Positions 16,610-26,975 of a stretch of 64,000 bases of DNA are shown in pieces. Each line of letters opens with the position of its first letter. Positions within the stretch are counted from its first letter, which is position 1. The DNA is from an uncultured Bacteroidales bacterium. Its GTDB lineage: Bacteria; Bacteroidota; Bacteroidia; Bacteroidales; FEN-979. The translations under genes and the position numbers were made by a program. The notes under the pieces were generated by a model. That model ran no database searches. It saw nothing but the letters and a program-made list of their open reading frames with translations, and was not told the DNA's origin. The stretch is from positions 17-64,016 of the forward strand of contig CAIQUS010000160.1 of assembly GCA_903875045.1 (NCBI GenBank), given 5' to 3'.

Positions 16610-18712
16610 CTATTGTTGTTTTTTAAAATTCTCACTTCCGGTATCCAGGAACTTTACAAAAGCGTCAATGTTCAGGTCGTATGCCTTGGGCGAAGTAAGC
16701 AGGTTGCCACTCGTATCGAGCAGAACGTAGTAAGGTTGCGAATTGACATTGAACCTTGTTATCTGAAGATCAGCAAATATTTTTCCAATCGTTTTTTTAA
16801 CTTTCTTGTCATATTTCGAGGTAACCCACTCGCTTTCCGGAAGTTCAGTTTTGTCGTCGACATAAAGGGCCGTAACGATATAATTCTCACGCATCCGTTT
16901 GAGTACTTTGGGGTCAGACCACACATTGGCCTCCATTTCGCGGCAGTTCACGCATCCATGGCCGGTAAAGTCAATAAAAATCGGTTTGTTCTCTTTTTTG
17001 GCACATGCCAGCGCCTGTTTATAATCAAAATAGCCATCCAATCCGTGGGGAAGTTTCAGGAATTCGGCATATTTTGGTTTGTCGCATAAAGCATTGGCGG
17101 GCTGTACCCCGCCTCCGCCGGCATTGATAGCTCCAACTTCTTTCTGAACAATGGCATTCAGATCGAAATCCTGATAGGTGGCGGGAGGAAGGTATCCTGA
17201 AAGCGCTTTCAGCGGGGCGCCCCACATTCCGGGGACCATATATACCACAAAACTGAACACAACAATAGCCATGATAATCCTGGGCACACTGATAAATGGT
17301 AAATCTGAATCATGGTTGAATTTCAATTTTCCGATCAGGTACATGCCCATCAGGAAAAAGATAACGATCCAGAATGCAAGGTAAACTTCGCGGTCGAGTA
17401 TATGCCAGTGATATGTCTGGTCGGCGATGCTGAGAAACTTCAGTCCCAGCGCCAACTCCAGAAATCCCAGGACTACTTTCACAGCATTGAGCCATCCGCC
17501 TGATTTCGGGAGACCGGAGAGCCATGATGGGAAGAATGCGAACAGGCCGAAAGGAAGGGCGAATGCCAGTGAAAACCCCAGCATCCCGATGATCGGCATT
17601 AACAACGCGCCGCCTGCAGATTTTACCAGGATGGCACCGACGATGGGACCTGTACAGGAAAATGATACGAGTACAAGTGTAAACGCCATAAAGAAAGCCC
17701 CTGAATAGCCGCCTTTGTCGGCCTGCTTGTCGGCTTTATTAACAATCCAGCTGGGAAGGGTAATTTCGAACATCCCAAGGAAGGATGCGGCAAAAACCAT
17801 GAAAATCAGAAAGAAAAATACGTTTGGAATCCAGTGTGTACTGAGGAAATTGGCAAAGTTGGCACCGAGAGTCACCGCCACCAGGGTTCCGATAACCGTA
17901 TAGATAACGACAATTGACAACCCATACACGATGGCTTCGAGCCTGGCTTTGCGTTTGCTCGTGGTATCATGCATGAAGAAGGTTACTGTCATGGGGATCA
18001 TGGGGAATACACAGGGGGTTATGATGGCAGCAAGTCCGGCAAGGAATGATATGAGGAAAAACCACAGTAGCGATTGATCGGCGGCTTTGTCTGCATCAGT
18101 TTCACCCAGTTTGGTCTGTTCAATTTTTTTTGCTGCTGAATCGGCTTTGGCAGTTACCAATGCTACATTTTTTAATGAATCCTGCTGAGCAACGGTAGGT
18201 GAAGCCGCTGCTGATGCTGTTGAAACGGGGGCAACTGCATTGGGATTCCCTTTAATGGCAAATTCAAATTCCACATCATTCGGAGGCAAACATTGCTTGT
18301 CGTCACAGCACATAAAGTTTAAAACGCCTTTCAACACAAAGTCTTTCTGACCAAGGATCTTGATTTTCTGTTTGAAAACGGCTTTGTCGGCAAAGAACTT
18401 GAGAACCATATCGAAATTTGGATCATTCTCCAGGATAGGTTTCTGCTCCTGTACCTTGCCGACACGTTCATAGCTCTGACTTTTAGTAAAACTGAATGAT
18501 GTGGGAATCGGGGCTCCATTCGGGCCGCCTTGTGGAACGTCCTGGGAATAAAGATGCCAGTGCTTGTCAATTTTTGCAATCAAGAGGAGAGTTGCCTCTT
18601 CCGGCGATGTTTGTTCGACTTTGAAGTCCCATTTTACCGGATCCAGAATTTGTGAAAAGGAGAACAATGGCAGCATGAGTAGTGCCAGAAGGCTGAAAAT
18701 GACTTTTTTCAT
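16610..18712 (-). CDS. dsbD: DsbD-family thiol:disulfide interchange protein / protein-disulfide reductase
   Basis: Signal peptide MKKVIFSLLALLMLPLFSFSQ (M18 of the ORF). Multi-TM CcdA-like core with ITPCVFPMIP, and a C-terminal thioredoxin fold FIDFTGHGCVNCREME. Confidence 0.85.
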   Translation of the reverse strand: MKKVIFSLLALLMLPLFSFSQILDPVKWDFKVEQTSPEEATLLLIAKIDKHWHLYSQDVPQGGPNGAPIPTSFSFTKSQSYERVGKVQEQKPILENDPNFDMVLKFFADKAVFKQKIKILGQKDFVLKGVLNFMCCDDKQCLPPNDVEFEFAIKGNPNAVAPVSTASAAASPTVAQQDSLKNVALVTAKADSAAKKIEQTKLGETDADKAADQSLLWFFLISFLAGLAAIITPCVFPMIPMTVTFFMHDTTSKRKARLEAIVYGLSIVVIYTVIGTLVAVTLGANFANFLSTHWIPNVFFFLIFMVFAASFLGMFEITLPSWIVNKADKQADKGGYSGAFFMAFTLVLVSFSCTGPIVGAILVKSAGGALLMPIIGMLGFSLAFALPFGLFAFFPSWLSGLPKSGGWLNAVKVVLGFLELALGLKFLSIADQTYHWHILDREVYLAFWIVIFFLMGMYLIGKLKFNHDSDLPFISVPRIIMAIVVFSFVVYMVPGMWGAPLKALSGYLPPATYQDFDLNAIVQKEVGAINAGGGGVQPANALCDKPKYAEFLKLPHGLDGYFDYKQALACAKKENKPIFIDFTGHGCVNCREMEANVWSDPKVLKRMRENYIVTALYVDDKTELPESEWVTSKYDKKVKKTIGKIFADLQITRFNVNSQPYYVLLDTSGNLLTSPKAYDLNIDAFVKFLDTGSENFKKQQ

Positions 18713-18732
18713 TTGCAATTGATTTTGAATGA

Positions 18733-18740
18733 CAAATTTA
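18733..18740 (-). promoter_or_regulatory. Candidate -7 box TAAATTTG for dsbD
   Basis: The plus-strand text caaattta lies 20 nt upstream of the ATG at 18712, which supports that start. Confidence 0.4.
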
Positions 18741-18777
18741 GGGAAAATCGTGACGCGTGACAAAAAAAACTAACGTT

Positions 18778-18868
18778 GTCACGTGTCACGCCTCACATGC
18801 CACGCGTCACGCGTCACCCGTCACCCGTCACGCGTCACCCGTCACGCATCACCCGTCACTTGTCACGA
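18778..18868. repeat. Thirteen tandem heptamers (GTCACSC family)
   Basis: gtcacgt gtcacgc ctcacat gccacgc gtcacgc gtcaccc gtcaccc gtcacgc gtcaccc gtcacgc atcaccc gtcactt gtcacga. The array overlaps the last codons and stop (18849) of tilS. The inverted partner GTGACGCGTGACA at 18750..18762 can pair with 18777..18789. Confidence 0.9.
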
Positions 18869-20189
18869 CACATACTACCTCCCTCGTTGCCGACGTCACC
18901 CGATACCTGTGATCAATCCGATGACCAATAATCCACATAATATCGTTGCCGGAGCAGAGAAACCATGCTTGTTCTTTTTCTTTCAGTGAAAACTTCTGAT
19001 CGATAAAAAAATCACTCACTTTTTTCTTTTTCTTCATCCCGAACGGGAAAAAGGCATCGCCATGTTGCCATTTTCTTAATGTAAGTGGAAACTGAAGTTT
19101 ACCGGCGTCGAAACTGGCAATATTACTGCTTACCGGAATTTTATAATTTATAACATCGCTGATTCGTTCAAAATCAAGTCTGACAGGTTTGCTCATCCTC
19201 TTTTTTTTTGCAAACAACCCTATTTTAAATGACTTATCTTGCGTCTTTGGTTCAAGCAGGCTGAGGATCAGCCTCTGTCTGTCTTTCATCAAACGGTGGG
19301 TAGCAGAGAAGATTGTTTTACTGGTTTCTTTATCAAGGCAACCAAGGATGTTTGCCACCTGGGTTTCATTGAACCCATAAGGTGACAATAAAGCCCATGC
19401 ATACGGTTCAACAGGCTCTGATTTTAAAAGGTGCTGAATGTCAATAAACTGGTCTTTCCCATCAGTTGTTATTGCATCACGGCACCAGGTTTTCATGACC
19501 TGATTTCCAACCTGTTCAAATGCACTGATCCGGCTGATGCTGGCAGTTAATCCCCGGGTAAATTCAGGATTGATGTTGCAAAGGAGTGGAATTAATTCAT
19601 GCCTGATTTTATTTCTCAGGTACTTTGTTTCATTGTTCGTATGATCCGTACGATAATTTATTTGATGATGTGTGGCATATTCTTCAATATCTTTCCGGAA
19701 AGCGAACATCAAGGGTCTGATAACGGCGCCGTTTTTTACAGGAATCCCATGAAGCCCGGCAATGCCTGTTCCACGGATCAGGTTGATCAGAAATGTTTCT
19801 GCCTGGTCATCCTGGTGATGCGCAGTGGCCACATAAGCAAACCCATGGTCGCGCCTGATCTTTTCAAACCAGGAATACCGTAAATCCCTTGCGGCCATCT
19901 GGATTGAAGTGCCCTGCTGTGAAGCTATGGATGATGTGTCGAATTTTTCAGTAAAAAATGGTACCTTCAGTTGTTTTGCAAGTCGTTTAACAAAATCTTC
20001 ATCCTCATCACTCTCTTTGCCACGAAGACAAAAGTTGCAGTGTGCAATGGCAAACCGGTATTTCGCCTGGTTAAACAAATGTGCCATCACAGTGGAGTCA
20101 ATCCCTCCACTGACTGCCAGAAGGATATGATCTTCTCCCGAGAAAATGCCTTTTGATTGGATGAACTTTATTAAACTCCTGGGATTCAT
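18849..20189 (-). CDS. tilS: tRNA(Ile)-lysidine synthase
   Basis: 446 aa. PP-loop LLAVSGGIDSTVM followed by the TilS substrate-binding and C-terminal domains (ATAHHQDDQAETFLINLIRGTG). Confidence 0.9.
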   Translation of the reverse strand: MNPRSLIKFIQSKGIFSGEDHILLAVSGGIDSTVMAHLFNQAKYRFAIAHCNFCLRGKESDEDEDFVKRLAKQLKVPFFTEKFDTSSIASQQGTSIQMAARDLRYSWFEKIRRDHGFAYVATAHHQDDQAETFLINLIRGTGIAGLHGIPVKNGAVIRPLMFAFRKDIEEYATHHQINYRTDHTNNETKYLRNKIRHELIPLLCNINPEFTRGLTASISRISAFEQVGNQVMKTWCRDAITTDGKDQFIDIQHLLKSEPVEPYAWALLSPYGFNETQVANILGCLDKETSKTIFSATHRLMKDRQRLILSLLEPKTQDKSFKIGLFAKKKRMSKPVRLDFERISDVINYKIPVSSNIASFDAGKLQFPLTLRKWQHGDAFFPFGMKKKKKVSDFFIDQKFSLKEKEQAWFLCSGNDIMWIIGHRIDHRYRVTSATREVVCVVTSDG

Positions 20190-20214
20190 GTTGCAAAATT
20201 ACACTGAAAAATGA

Positions 20215-20222
20215 TATCTTTG
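20215..20222 (+). promoter_or_regulatory. Candidate -7 box TATCTTTG for the sensor kinase gene
   Basis: TAnnTTTG match 20 nt upstream of the ATG at 20243. Confidence 0.35.
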
Positions 20223-20242
20223 GACGGTTGTAAATATCAAGA

Positions 20243-21997
20243 ATGATCTGGCAAGTTACCTATATTACCTGGATTCACGTGATTACCGCAATCATCAGCC
20301 TTCAACTGGTGTTTACTGTATACAACATGCGACAGATCAGGGGCAGGATACCATTTTTATGGATGATGGCGCTATCGGCTTTTTGGTCGCTGATCCTGAC
20401 TTTTGAATCTGCTACCCCAAATATTGCCGAAAAAGTAATACTGTCGGAATTTGAGTACTTTGCCAACATGGTAATTCCGATTATGTTTCTGCGCTTCATC
20501 CTTTCTTATGATCTTGATCATTCTGTCCGGTTGAAACGGTATTTTCTACTATTCTGGATAATCCCGGTAATTACAGTGGTACTGGTTTTTACACATAAGT
20601 TGCATTCGTTGATATGGACAGGTTTCTCCTGGAGCCCGGCGGGCCATAATATTCTTATTTACCACCATGGGTTTGCTTTTTATGTTGCGATGGCTTATTC
20701 ATTGGGAATAATTTTCCTTGGTAATATCCTGCTGATCCGCTTTATCCGGAAAAGACCCGGATATTATCAATCAAAAGGTTGGGTTTTACTTTCAGGTTCA
20801 CTTTTTGCATTGCTTACCGGATTGGTTTACACACTTGGGTTGAGTCCCGTTGAAGGATTGGATATATCACCGATGGGAACATTGATTGCCGGGCTGATCT
20901 TCTTCCGGGGTATTGCCCGTGATCAACTTTTTGACCTTATTCCATTCAGCCATCAGTTGATGATTGAAAAATTGAAAGATGGGGTGATCGTACTCGACAG
21001 CAGAGACTTCATCATGGATATCAGTCCGGTGGCATCAAAAGCACTTCAAATAGAAAGAGAAGTTACAGGACATAAATTCACGGAGGTCCTGCCGGTTTTT
21101 CTTCCAATTGTTGAGGAAACCTCGAAAGACCAGGAATTCCGTAAGGAAATTGAGATTAAATCACCTGCCGTCGGATGGTTTGAGGTTACCAGGTATCCGC
21201 TCAGCAGATCAGAGACTAAATTTCTTGGCAGTTTGTTGATCCTGCATGACATAAACCATCGGAAGGATACAGAGATGCAATTGCGCAAACTGGCAGAGGA
21301 GCTCACCGAACTCAACAGGATGAAAGACCGTATTTATTCCATTATCAGCCACGACTTAAGAAACCCGTTTAATACCATTCTGGGTTTTTCTCAACTTTTA
21401 TCTGAATCGTATGATGAATTTTCTGAATCAGAACGCAGGAATTTTGCCGATAATATCCTGAATGCGTCAAAAAGTGCATTCAACCTGCTTGAGAATTTGC
21501 TCGAGTGGTCGCTGATGCAGCTTGGAAAATACGACTTTGTGCCTCAGCAGTTAATTCTTGACCATCAGGTAGATGAATCCTTTACCCTTATCAGGCCCAT
21601 GGCCTCCGGCAAAAAAATTGAACTCATCAATGCTGTTCCCCCGGGCCTATGCGTATTTGCCGATCGTAATATGGTCGCTGCGATATTGCGAAATCTGATT
21701 TCAAATGCAGTGAAATTCACGCCGGTTGGCGGGTGTATTGAGGTTTCATCTTCTTTGGACCATGACTGGGTCGAAGTAGTTATTGCCGACAATGGCATTG
21801 GTATGACTGCCCAGGTGATAGCCGACCTTTTCAGCTACTCAAAAATGCAAACCAAACAGGGTACTTCCAGCGAGAAAGGAACCGGGCTGGGGTTGCTCCT
21901 TGTCCGTGATTTTGTTCAAAAACACCAGGGATCCATTCGTGTAACCAGTGAACCCGGAAAAGGGAGCCGGTTTATCTTTACACTTCCGGTGAAGTAA
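20243..21997 (+). CDS. Sensor histidine kinase with N-terminal 7-TM domain, PAS, HisKA and HATPase_c
   Basis: About seven predicted TM helices in the first 220 aa. H-box ISHDLRNPFN, N-box LRNLISNAVKF, G-boxes DNGIGM and GTGLGL. Confidence 0.85.
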   Translation: MIWQVTYITWIHVITAIISLQLVFTVYNMRQIRGRIPFLWMMALSAFWSLILTFESATPNIAEKVILSEFEYFANMVIPIMFLRFILSYDLDHSVRLKRYFLLFWIIPVITVVLVFTHKLHSLIWTGFSWSPAGHNILIYHHGFAFYVAMAYSLGIIFLGNILLIRFIRKRPGYYQSKGWVLLSGSLFALLTGLVYTLGLSPVEGLDISPMGTLIAGLIFFRGIARDQLFDLIPFSHQLMIEKLKDGVIVLDSRDFIMDISPVASKALQIEREVTGHKFTEVLPVFLPIVEETSKDQEFRKEIEIKSPAVGWFEVTRYPLSRSETKFLGSLLILHDINHRKDTEMQLRKLAEELTELNRMKDRIYSIISHDLRNPFNTILGFSQLLSESYDEFSESERRNFADNILNASKSAFNLLENLLEWSLMQLGKYDFVPQQLILDHQVDESFTLIRPMASGKKIELINAVPPGLCVFADRNMVAAILRNLISNAVKFTPVGGCIEVSSSLDHDWVEVVIADNGIGMTAQVIADLFSYSKMQTKQGTSSEKGTGLGLLLVRDFVQKHQGSIRVTSEPGKGSRFIFTLPVK

Positions 21998-22062
21998 TTG
22001 CGGATATAACCAGGTCACTGTCAAGCCATTTTTCTATCATGGATTTCTTTGGCGTTCGCTGG

Positions 22063-22494
22063 TTAAAGGTATTCCGGAAAGTGATTGTGCATGATCTCAT
22101 GAATCAGGTCCAGTGTTAATGGTTTATGAAGATAATCAATACGTTCCTTCCTCGTTTCCAATTTTCTTTTATCAGCAGGGTTTACAGAAGTCGTTAGCAT
22201 TATAACGACGATTCTGTTTTTCAGCTCAGCATCAAGTTTGTCATATTCCTCAAGAAATGACCATCCATCCATAACCGGCATATTGATATCCAGTAAGATA
22301 AGTTCAGGAGGCAACTCCTGCCCCTGAATCATCCCTGCCTTACTTCTGGTTAGGAGGAAATCAAGTGCCTCTTCACCATCCGTGGCTATTTCTATTTGGT
22401 CAGTAACGCCTGATTCTTTCAGAACCATTGTATGAAGATAATTGTCGGCTTCATTGTCGTCGACAAGTAGCACGCAGTTTAGCCTTTTCTTCAT
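22063..22494 (-). CDS. Single-domain response regulator (CheY-like receiver)
   Basis: 143 aa with LLVDDNEADN, the phospho-acceptor context LILLDINMP, and conserved ML(T)TS and K residues. Immediately downstream of the 1108-aa kinase. Confidence 0.85.
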   Translation of the reverse strand: MKKRLNCVLLVDDNEADNYLHTMVLKESGVTDQIEIATDGEEALDFLLTRSKAGMIQGQELPPELILLDINMPVMDGWSFLEEYDKLDAELKNRIVVIMLTTSVNPADKRKLETRKERIDYLHKPLTLDLIHEIMHNHFPEYL

Positions 22495-22500
22495 CTCTTT

Positions 22501-25500
22501 CTATCGTTTTGGGATTGTAAACATAAAAGTACTCCCAACACCTGGCGTCGAGTCCACCCAAATTCTTCCATGATGCAATTCAACAATCTTTTTGCAGTGA
22601 GCAAGTCCGATTCCGGTTCCAGGATATTCTTTTTGTCGATGCATTCGCTTGAAAATGATAAAAACCTTTTCCTTGTCCTGCCCTTTTATCCCGGTGCCGT
22701 TATCCACAATGCTGAACAGCCATTCTTTTTCCTGGTTTTCCACTGTGATCGTTATTTCGGGCCGAACATCCTTTTTCCTGAAATTTATCGCGTTGTAAAT
22801 CAGGTTCTGGAATAAAAGCCTCAATTCGGTTGCAAAGCCATTTACTGCCGGTAATGAGTGGACGGTAATAGCCGCATTCGAACCAATAATGGCATCTGAC
22901 AAATCAAGAAGAACTTCGTTAACAAGTTTATTGCAATCGACTAAGGACCGCACACTCTCTTTTCCCAATAAAGCGTATTCAAGCAAACCCGTTACCAAAG
23001 TACTCATCCGGTTGGCCGAGCCGGAAATGAACCCGAGGTATTTCTCTCCCACCTCGTCCAGTTTCCCACCATAATCTTTCAGCATCAGGTTGGTGAAGTT
23101 GTTAAGTGTACGTAAAGGTTCCTGAAGGTCGTGGGAGGCGATGTAGGTGAATTGTTCAATTTCACTCAAATGAAATTTAAGTTCTTTGTTTTTTGTTTCA
23201 AGCTGGTTTGTTCGTTCAGCAATGCGGTTTTCAAGGGTTTCATTAAGATTGCGTATCACTTCTTCTACCTGTTTTTGCGCGGTAACATCCAGGCACAATC
23301 CAATCATCCTTACCGGTTTGTCATTTACATAAGTGGTATGGCCGGTTGACCTTATCCACCGGATTTCATTACCGGGAAGTATAATGCGGTAGTCATTCAA
23401 CAGGGCAGTACGATTTTCAATTGCTTCCTGGATTTTCCTTGAAGCCATTTCAAGATCGTCAGGATGCAGTGCTTTAGTCCAGGGTTCAAATCCTGCGATG
23501 GTATTTTCCGGTAACCCAAATACCTTAAGAAATTCATCCGACCAAAAGAAACTGTTTTTCGAAATATCCCATTCCCATGAACCTGAGTTGCTTACTTCCA
23601 GGGACATTTTCAACCTGGCTTCATTTTTTTCTGCCTTTTCTTTTGCCAGCCTTAGTTCATCCTCTACCAGGTTCCTTTCTAATTCACCGGCGGCGCGAAT
23701 TGAGACCAGTTTCAACACCTCTTCAGCAAAAGCAGCATTATTCATCGGTTTTTGCCCGATGACCGCGATGAGTCCGATAGGTTTGCTTTCGAAGCTCCAC
23801 AGGGTAGTGCCAATATAGCTTTGTGCTTTTAGTTCCTGAAGTGCTTCATCATGAGGAAATAACTGGCATACATTTTCAGGAAAACAACAAACAGTTTTTC
23901 CAACTACGTCACCACAGGGGGTTTGTTTCAACGTGTAGGAAACATTGGCATCAAATTTACCCTCGTTATAAATCGCAACTGTTTGTGCTGTAAGACTATC
24001 ACCCTCAAGTTTGTCGATGCAAATGTATTCCGCACCCAGAATTTCAGACAGGTATTTCGCCAGGGATTCAAAGAAACTTTCTCCCGAGCCTGAATAGCCT
24101 TCAGTGATCAGGAACTTATGGACATTTTCAAGCCGCCTGCGTTCGGTGATATCTTCAACTTTTCCGAGCAGGTGTGTTGCATGACCATGTTCATCGCGAA
24201 AAGTTTCAGCTAGCGCGTGGATAATCCTGATATTTCCAGCTTTATTAATTACCCGGTATTCAAGATCATAAGGCCGTATTCCTTTTAATGCATCAGCAAA
24301 AACGGAAAGGACATGTTCACGATCATCAGGATGGACTAAATTTTCGACAAAATATTTGAAAACCAACGCTCTCGGCATCTCCGGATCAACATCGAATATC
24401 CGGAACATGTTGTCCGACCAGTTTGCAGTATCTGTTGCAACATAATAATCCCAGCTTCCTGTTTTTCCTAAACGTTCAGCTTCGGAAAGATTTTTTTCGT
24501 TTTTTATTAACTTTTCCTGAATTTTTTTTCGTTCAGTGATATCAATCGATGTGCTCAGGATCCTGTCAAAACCCCCGTTCTCGTCATTCAGTGCCTTGTC
24601 AAATATGAGAAATGTTCTTTGATCACCTTGCATCCAAAACGAATCCTCGTATTCCCTCTGCCCTCCGGAATCCATCAGCAGGCGGTTAGATTCAATATAT
24701 TTCTGTGCCTGTTCCTGAGGAATTAAATCAGATATCGATTGTCCGACAATCTTATCCTGGGGCAATCCTAACTTATTTGCGGCTGTTGGATTGACCATCT
24801 GGTAAATCCCTTCTCTGTCGATAACAAGTATCCCCACCAGTGAATTCTCGAAAAGATTACGGTATTGCTCTTTTTGTATTTTTAAGGTTTTTTCTGTCTT
24901 GATAAGTTCAGAAATGTCGAGGATGATGGTAACGAAATAGTCGACCTGTGAATCGGGATGCCGCACACATTGCACAGCAATATTGGTATCAATGGTTTGA
25001 CCATTTTTATGGATGAAGCGCTTGTATACCGTGTAACCATCTGATTGGTTCAACATGACCCGGTTGAATTGCACAAGGTCTGCTTCAATATCATCGGGAT
25101 GGGTTAATTCAACCCAGTTTGTCTTCATCAACTCGGGTTTGGTGTATCCAAGCATGTTGCAAAGAGCCTGGTTTACATCAATCCAGCCTTTAGCGGGGGA
25201 GCTAATGGCACGTCCGGTATAGGGCAGTTCAAAGTAACTGCGGAACCGTTGTTCGCTGTCGAAGAGCTTTTTCTGTGCCAGTTGACTTTCGGTAATGTCA
25301 ATAATTGCCACATGGCACTTTTCATTAATTCCGTTTCGGATACCAGTCAGTTGAGCACTCCTCAGCAAACTGCTGTTGCTGACAAAAAAATCAACGGTAC
25401 AGGTTTGGCAGGTTTTGCTTTTAAATACATTCTCAAGAAAATGATTGAAGCCCTCTCTTTTAGCCTCACTGAGAAAAAAACCAAATCGGAGATTCAGTAA

Positions 25501-25827
25501 TTTGGATTGTTCTTTTCCAAACAACAAAGAAGTGATATGGTTCATCGCCAGGATGGTACCGTCGGCGGAGAGTGTCATTAAACCGAAGGGCGAATGATCA
25601 TAAAACTCAGCGTACCTGTCATTGGCAGCCCTTGCTTCCTCCAAAGCATGACGAAGTTCTTCATTCTGAAGTTCCAGTTCGATCCTGGAAACTTCCAGCT
25701 CGTGAATGAGTTTCGCTACGTCAATGTCAGATAGCGGCAAACCGGTTGTTGACGTTGTTCCTTTCAACAGCGCTTCTGCTTTTTGGCGGAGGGAACCGGA
25801 ATCTGCTTTATGTTTGGAGCTTTTCAT
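22501..25827 (-). CDS. Multi-PAS/GAF hybrid-type sensor histidine kinase
   Basis: 1108 aa. N-terminal coiled coil, several PAS/PAC repeats (WSDNMFRIFD, FFWSDEFLKVFG), a GAF-like segment, H-box ASHDLQEPLR, and an ATPase domain DNGTGI..GTGIGL. Confidence 0.85.
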   Translation of the reverse strand: MKSSKHKADSGSLRQKAEALLKGTTSTTGLPLSDIDVAKLIHELEVSRIELELQNEELRHALEEARAANDRYAEFYDHSPFGLMTLSADGTILAMNHITSLLFGKEQSKLLNLRFGFFLSEAKREGFNHFLENVFKSKTCQTCTVDFFVSNSSLLRSAQLTGIRNGINEKCHVAIIDITESQLAQKKLFDSEQRFRSYFELPYTGRAISSPAKGWIDVNQALCNMLGYTKPELMKTNWVELTHPDDIEADLVQFNRVMLNQSDGYTVYKRFIHKNGQTIDTNIAVQCVRHPDSQVDYFVTIILDISELIKTEKTLKIQKEQYRNLFENSLVGILVIDREGIYQMVNPTAANKLGLPQDKIVGQSISDLIPQEQAQKYIESNRLLMDSGGQREYEDSFWMQGDQRTFLIFDKALNDENGGFDRILSTSIDITERKKIQEKLIKNEKNLSEAERLGKTGSWDYYVATDTANWSDNMFRIFDVDPEMPRALVFKYFVENLVHPDDREHVLSVFADALKGIRPYDLEYRVINKAGNIRIIHALAETFRDEHGHATHLLGKVEDITERRRLENVHKFLITEGYSGSGESFFESLAKYLSEILGAEYICIDKLEGDSLTAQTVAIYNEGKFDANVSYTLKQTPCGDVVGKTVCCFPENVCQLFPHDEALQELKAQSYIGTTLWSFESKPIGLIAVIGQKPMNNAAFAEEVLKLVSIRAAGELERNLVEDELRLAKEKAEKNEARLKMSLEVSNSGSWEWDISKNSFFWSDEFLKVFGLPENTIAGFEPWTKALHPDDLEMASRKIQEAIENRTALLNDYRIILPGNEIRWIRSTGHTTYVNDKPVRMIGLCLDVTAQKQVEEVIRNLNETLENRIAERTNQLETKNKELKFHLSEIEQFTYIASHDLQEPLRTLNNFTNLMLKDYGGKLDEVGEKYLGFISGSANRMSTLVTGLLEYALLGKESVRSLVDCNKLVNEVLLDLSDAIIGSNAAITVHSLPAVNGFATELRLLFQNLIYNAINFRKKDVRPEITITVENQEKEWLFSIVDNGTGIKGQDKEKVFIIFKRMHRQKEYPGTGIGLAHCKKIVELHHGRIWVDSTPGVGSTFMFTIPKR

Positions 25828-25936
25828 TATCTTTTCAAAGATAGGTCGGTTTTCTTGATATTATCCGATTGGTTGAAAAAATAATTGGCGTCCTGTTTCT
25901 GCGCTAGCTTTATTGTATATAAGGTTAAGATTCCTG

Positions 25937-26974
25937 TTAAATCTCCCAGGTATCCCCCGAATTCAGTAAATCATCCACATTTTTGATCTTCGAGGTTTCC
26001 TTTGCGTATTTAATCTGTTCTTCCACAAGGTCATCATACGTGGGATACATGGCCGAACGGATGACACCAAAAACCATCGGGAAGTGAGGCGGAGCCAGTT
26101 TAGCGAGCATAAGCTGGATGCCGGGATCCTGGTTGTACTGGTCATGAACAAGGATATCATCAACGGTGATCCCGTTTTTCCCTATTTCAGCTACCTCAAG
26201 CATGGTGTCTTTGAGGATCAGCCCCTTGTCATTGTTTTTACCGAAAACCATCGGTGCGCCGTTCTTCAGGATGAGCATATTCTCATCTTTCACCTCTTTG
26301 CCGGTAACAGGCGCATGTGCTTTGTCGGCGAAAATGATGCAATTTTCCATGATTTCGGTAACAGATGTTCCATCGTGTTTGGCAGCTTCAAACATACATT
26401 CTGTCATCAGGGTAATGTTGTTATCAGGAACGCGGGCAAAGAAGGTGCCTTGTGCGCCCATTACCAGTTCCCCGATATTGAAAGGATGTTCAATGGTTCC
26501 CATGGGGGAGGTTTTGGTTACTTTTCCCATGGGGGTGGTTGGCGAAAACTGACCTTTGGTCAATCCGTAGATTTGATTGTTAAAAAGCAGGATGTTGATG
26601 TCAACGTTGCGGCGGATCACATGGATGAAATGGTTGCCACCGATCGCGAGTGAATCTCCATCGCCGGTAACAGTCCAAACGCTTAAACGCGGGTTGGCAA
26701 TTTTTACACCGGTGGAAATTGCAGCTGCACGTCCGTGAATGCCATGAATTCCATAAGTGTTTACATAATAGGGAAATCGCGATGAACACCCAATGCCTGA
26801 AACCATACAGAAATTCTCTTTACGGTAACCGATCTTTGGGAACACACGTTCCACAGCAGCGAGAATGGCATGACCACCGCATCCCGGGCACCATTTAACC
26901 ATCTGATCGCTTTCAAAATCTGCTTTGCTGAGTTGAACATTCGTGCGTTCAACTGTCATATTTACGAATTCCAT
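25937..26974 (-). CDS. korB: 2-oxoacid:ferredoxin oxidoreductase beta subunit (KorB type, TPP-binding)
   Basis: WCPGCGGHAIL, GIGCSSRFPYY and the TPP motif GDGDSLAIGGNH. Paired with the fused alpha/gamma subunit upstream. 2-oxoglutarate specificity is inferred from architecture only. Confidence 0.8.
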   Translation of the reverse strand: MEFVNMTVERTNVQLSKADFESDQMVKWCPGCGGHAILAAVERVFPKIGYRKENFCMVSGIGCSSRFPYYVNTYGIHGIHGRAAAISTGVKIANPRLSVWTVTGDGDSLAIGGNHFIHVIRRNVDINILLFNNQIYGLTKGQFSPTTPMGKVTKTSPMGTIEHPFNIGELVMGAQGTFFARVPDNNITLMTECMFEAAKHDGTSVTEIMENCIIFADKAHAPVTGKEVKDENMLILKNGAPMVFGKNNDKGLILKDTMLEVAEIGKNGITVDDILVHDQYNQDPGIQLMLAKLAPPHFPMVFGVIRSAMYPTYDDLVEEQIKYAKETSKIKNVDDLLNSGDTWEI

Positions 26975-26975
26975 C

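Noticed and set aside
18778-18868. Possible CRISPR array
   Set aside because: The units are 7 nt with no intervening unique spacers and no cas genes in the window, so this is a microsatellite-like array. The same applies to the other 7-/8-nt arrays.
18783-18989. 68-aa ORF translating as MSRLTCHASRVTRHPSRVTRHASPVTCH...
   Set aside because: The peptide periodicity is simply the heptamer DNA array read in three frames. It overlaps the tilS 3' end on the opposite strand, and no start context supports it.
20194-20201. TAATTTTG -7 box for tilS
   Set aside because: It is an exact consensus match but ends only 4 nt from the annotated ATG (20189), leaving no room for a transcript start. This is likely chance, or the tilS start is elsewhere.
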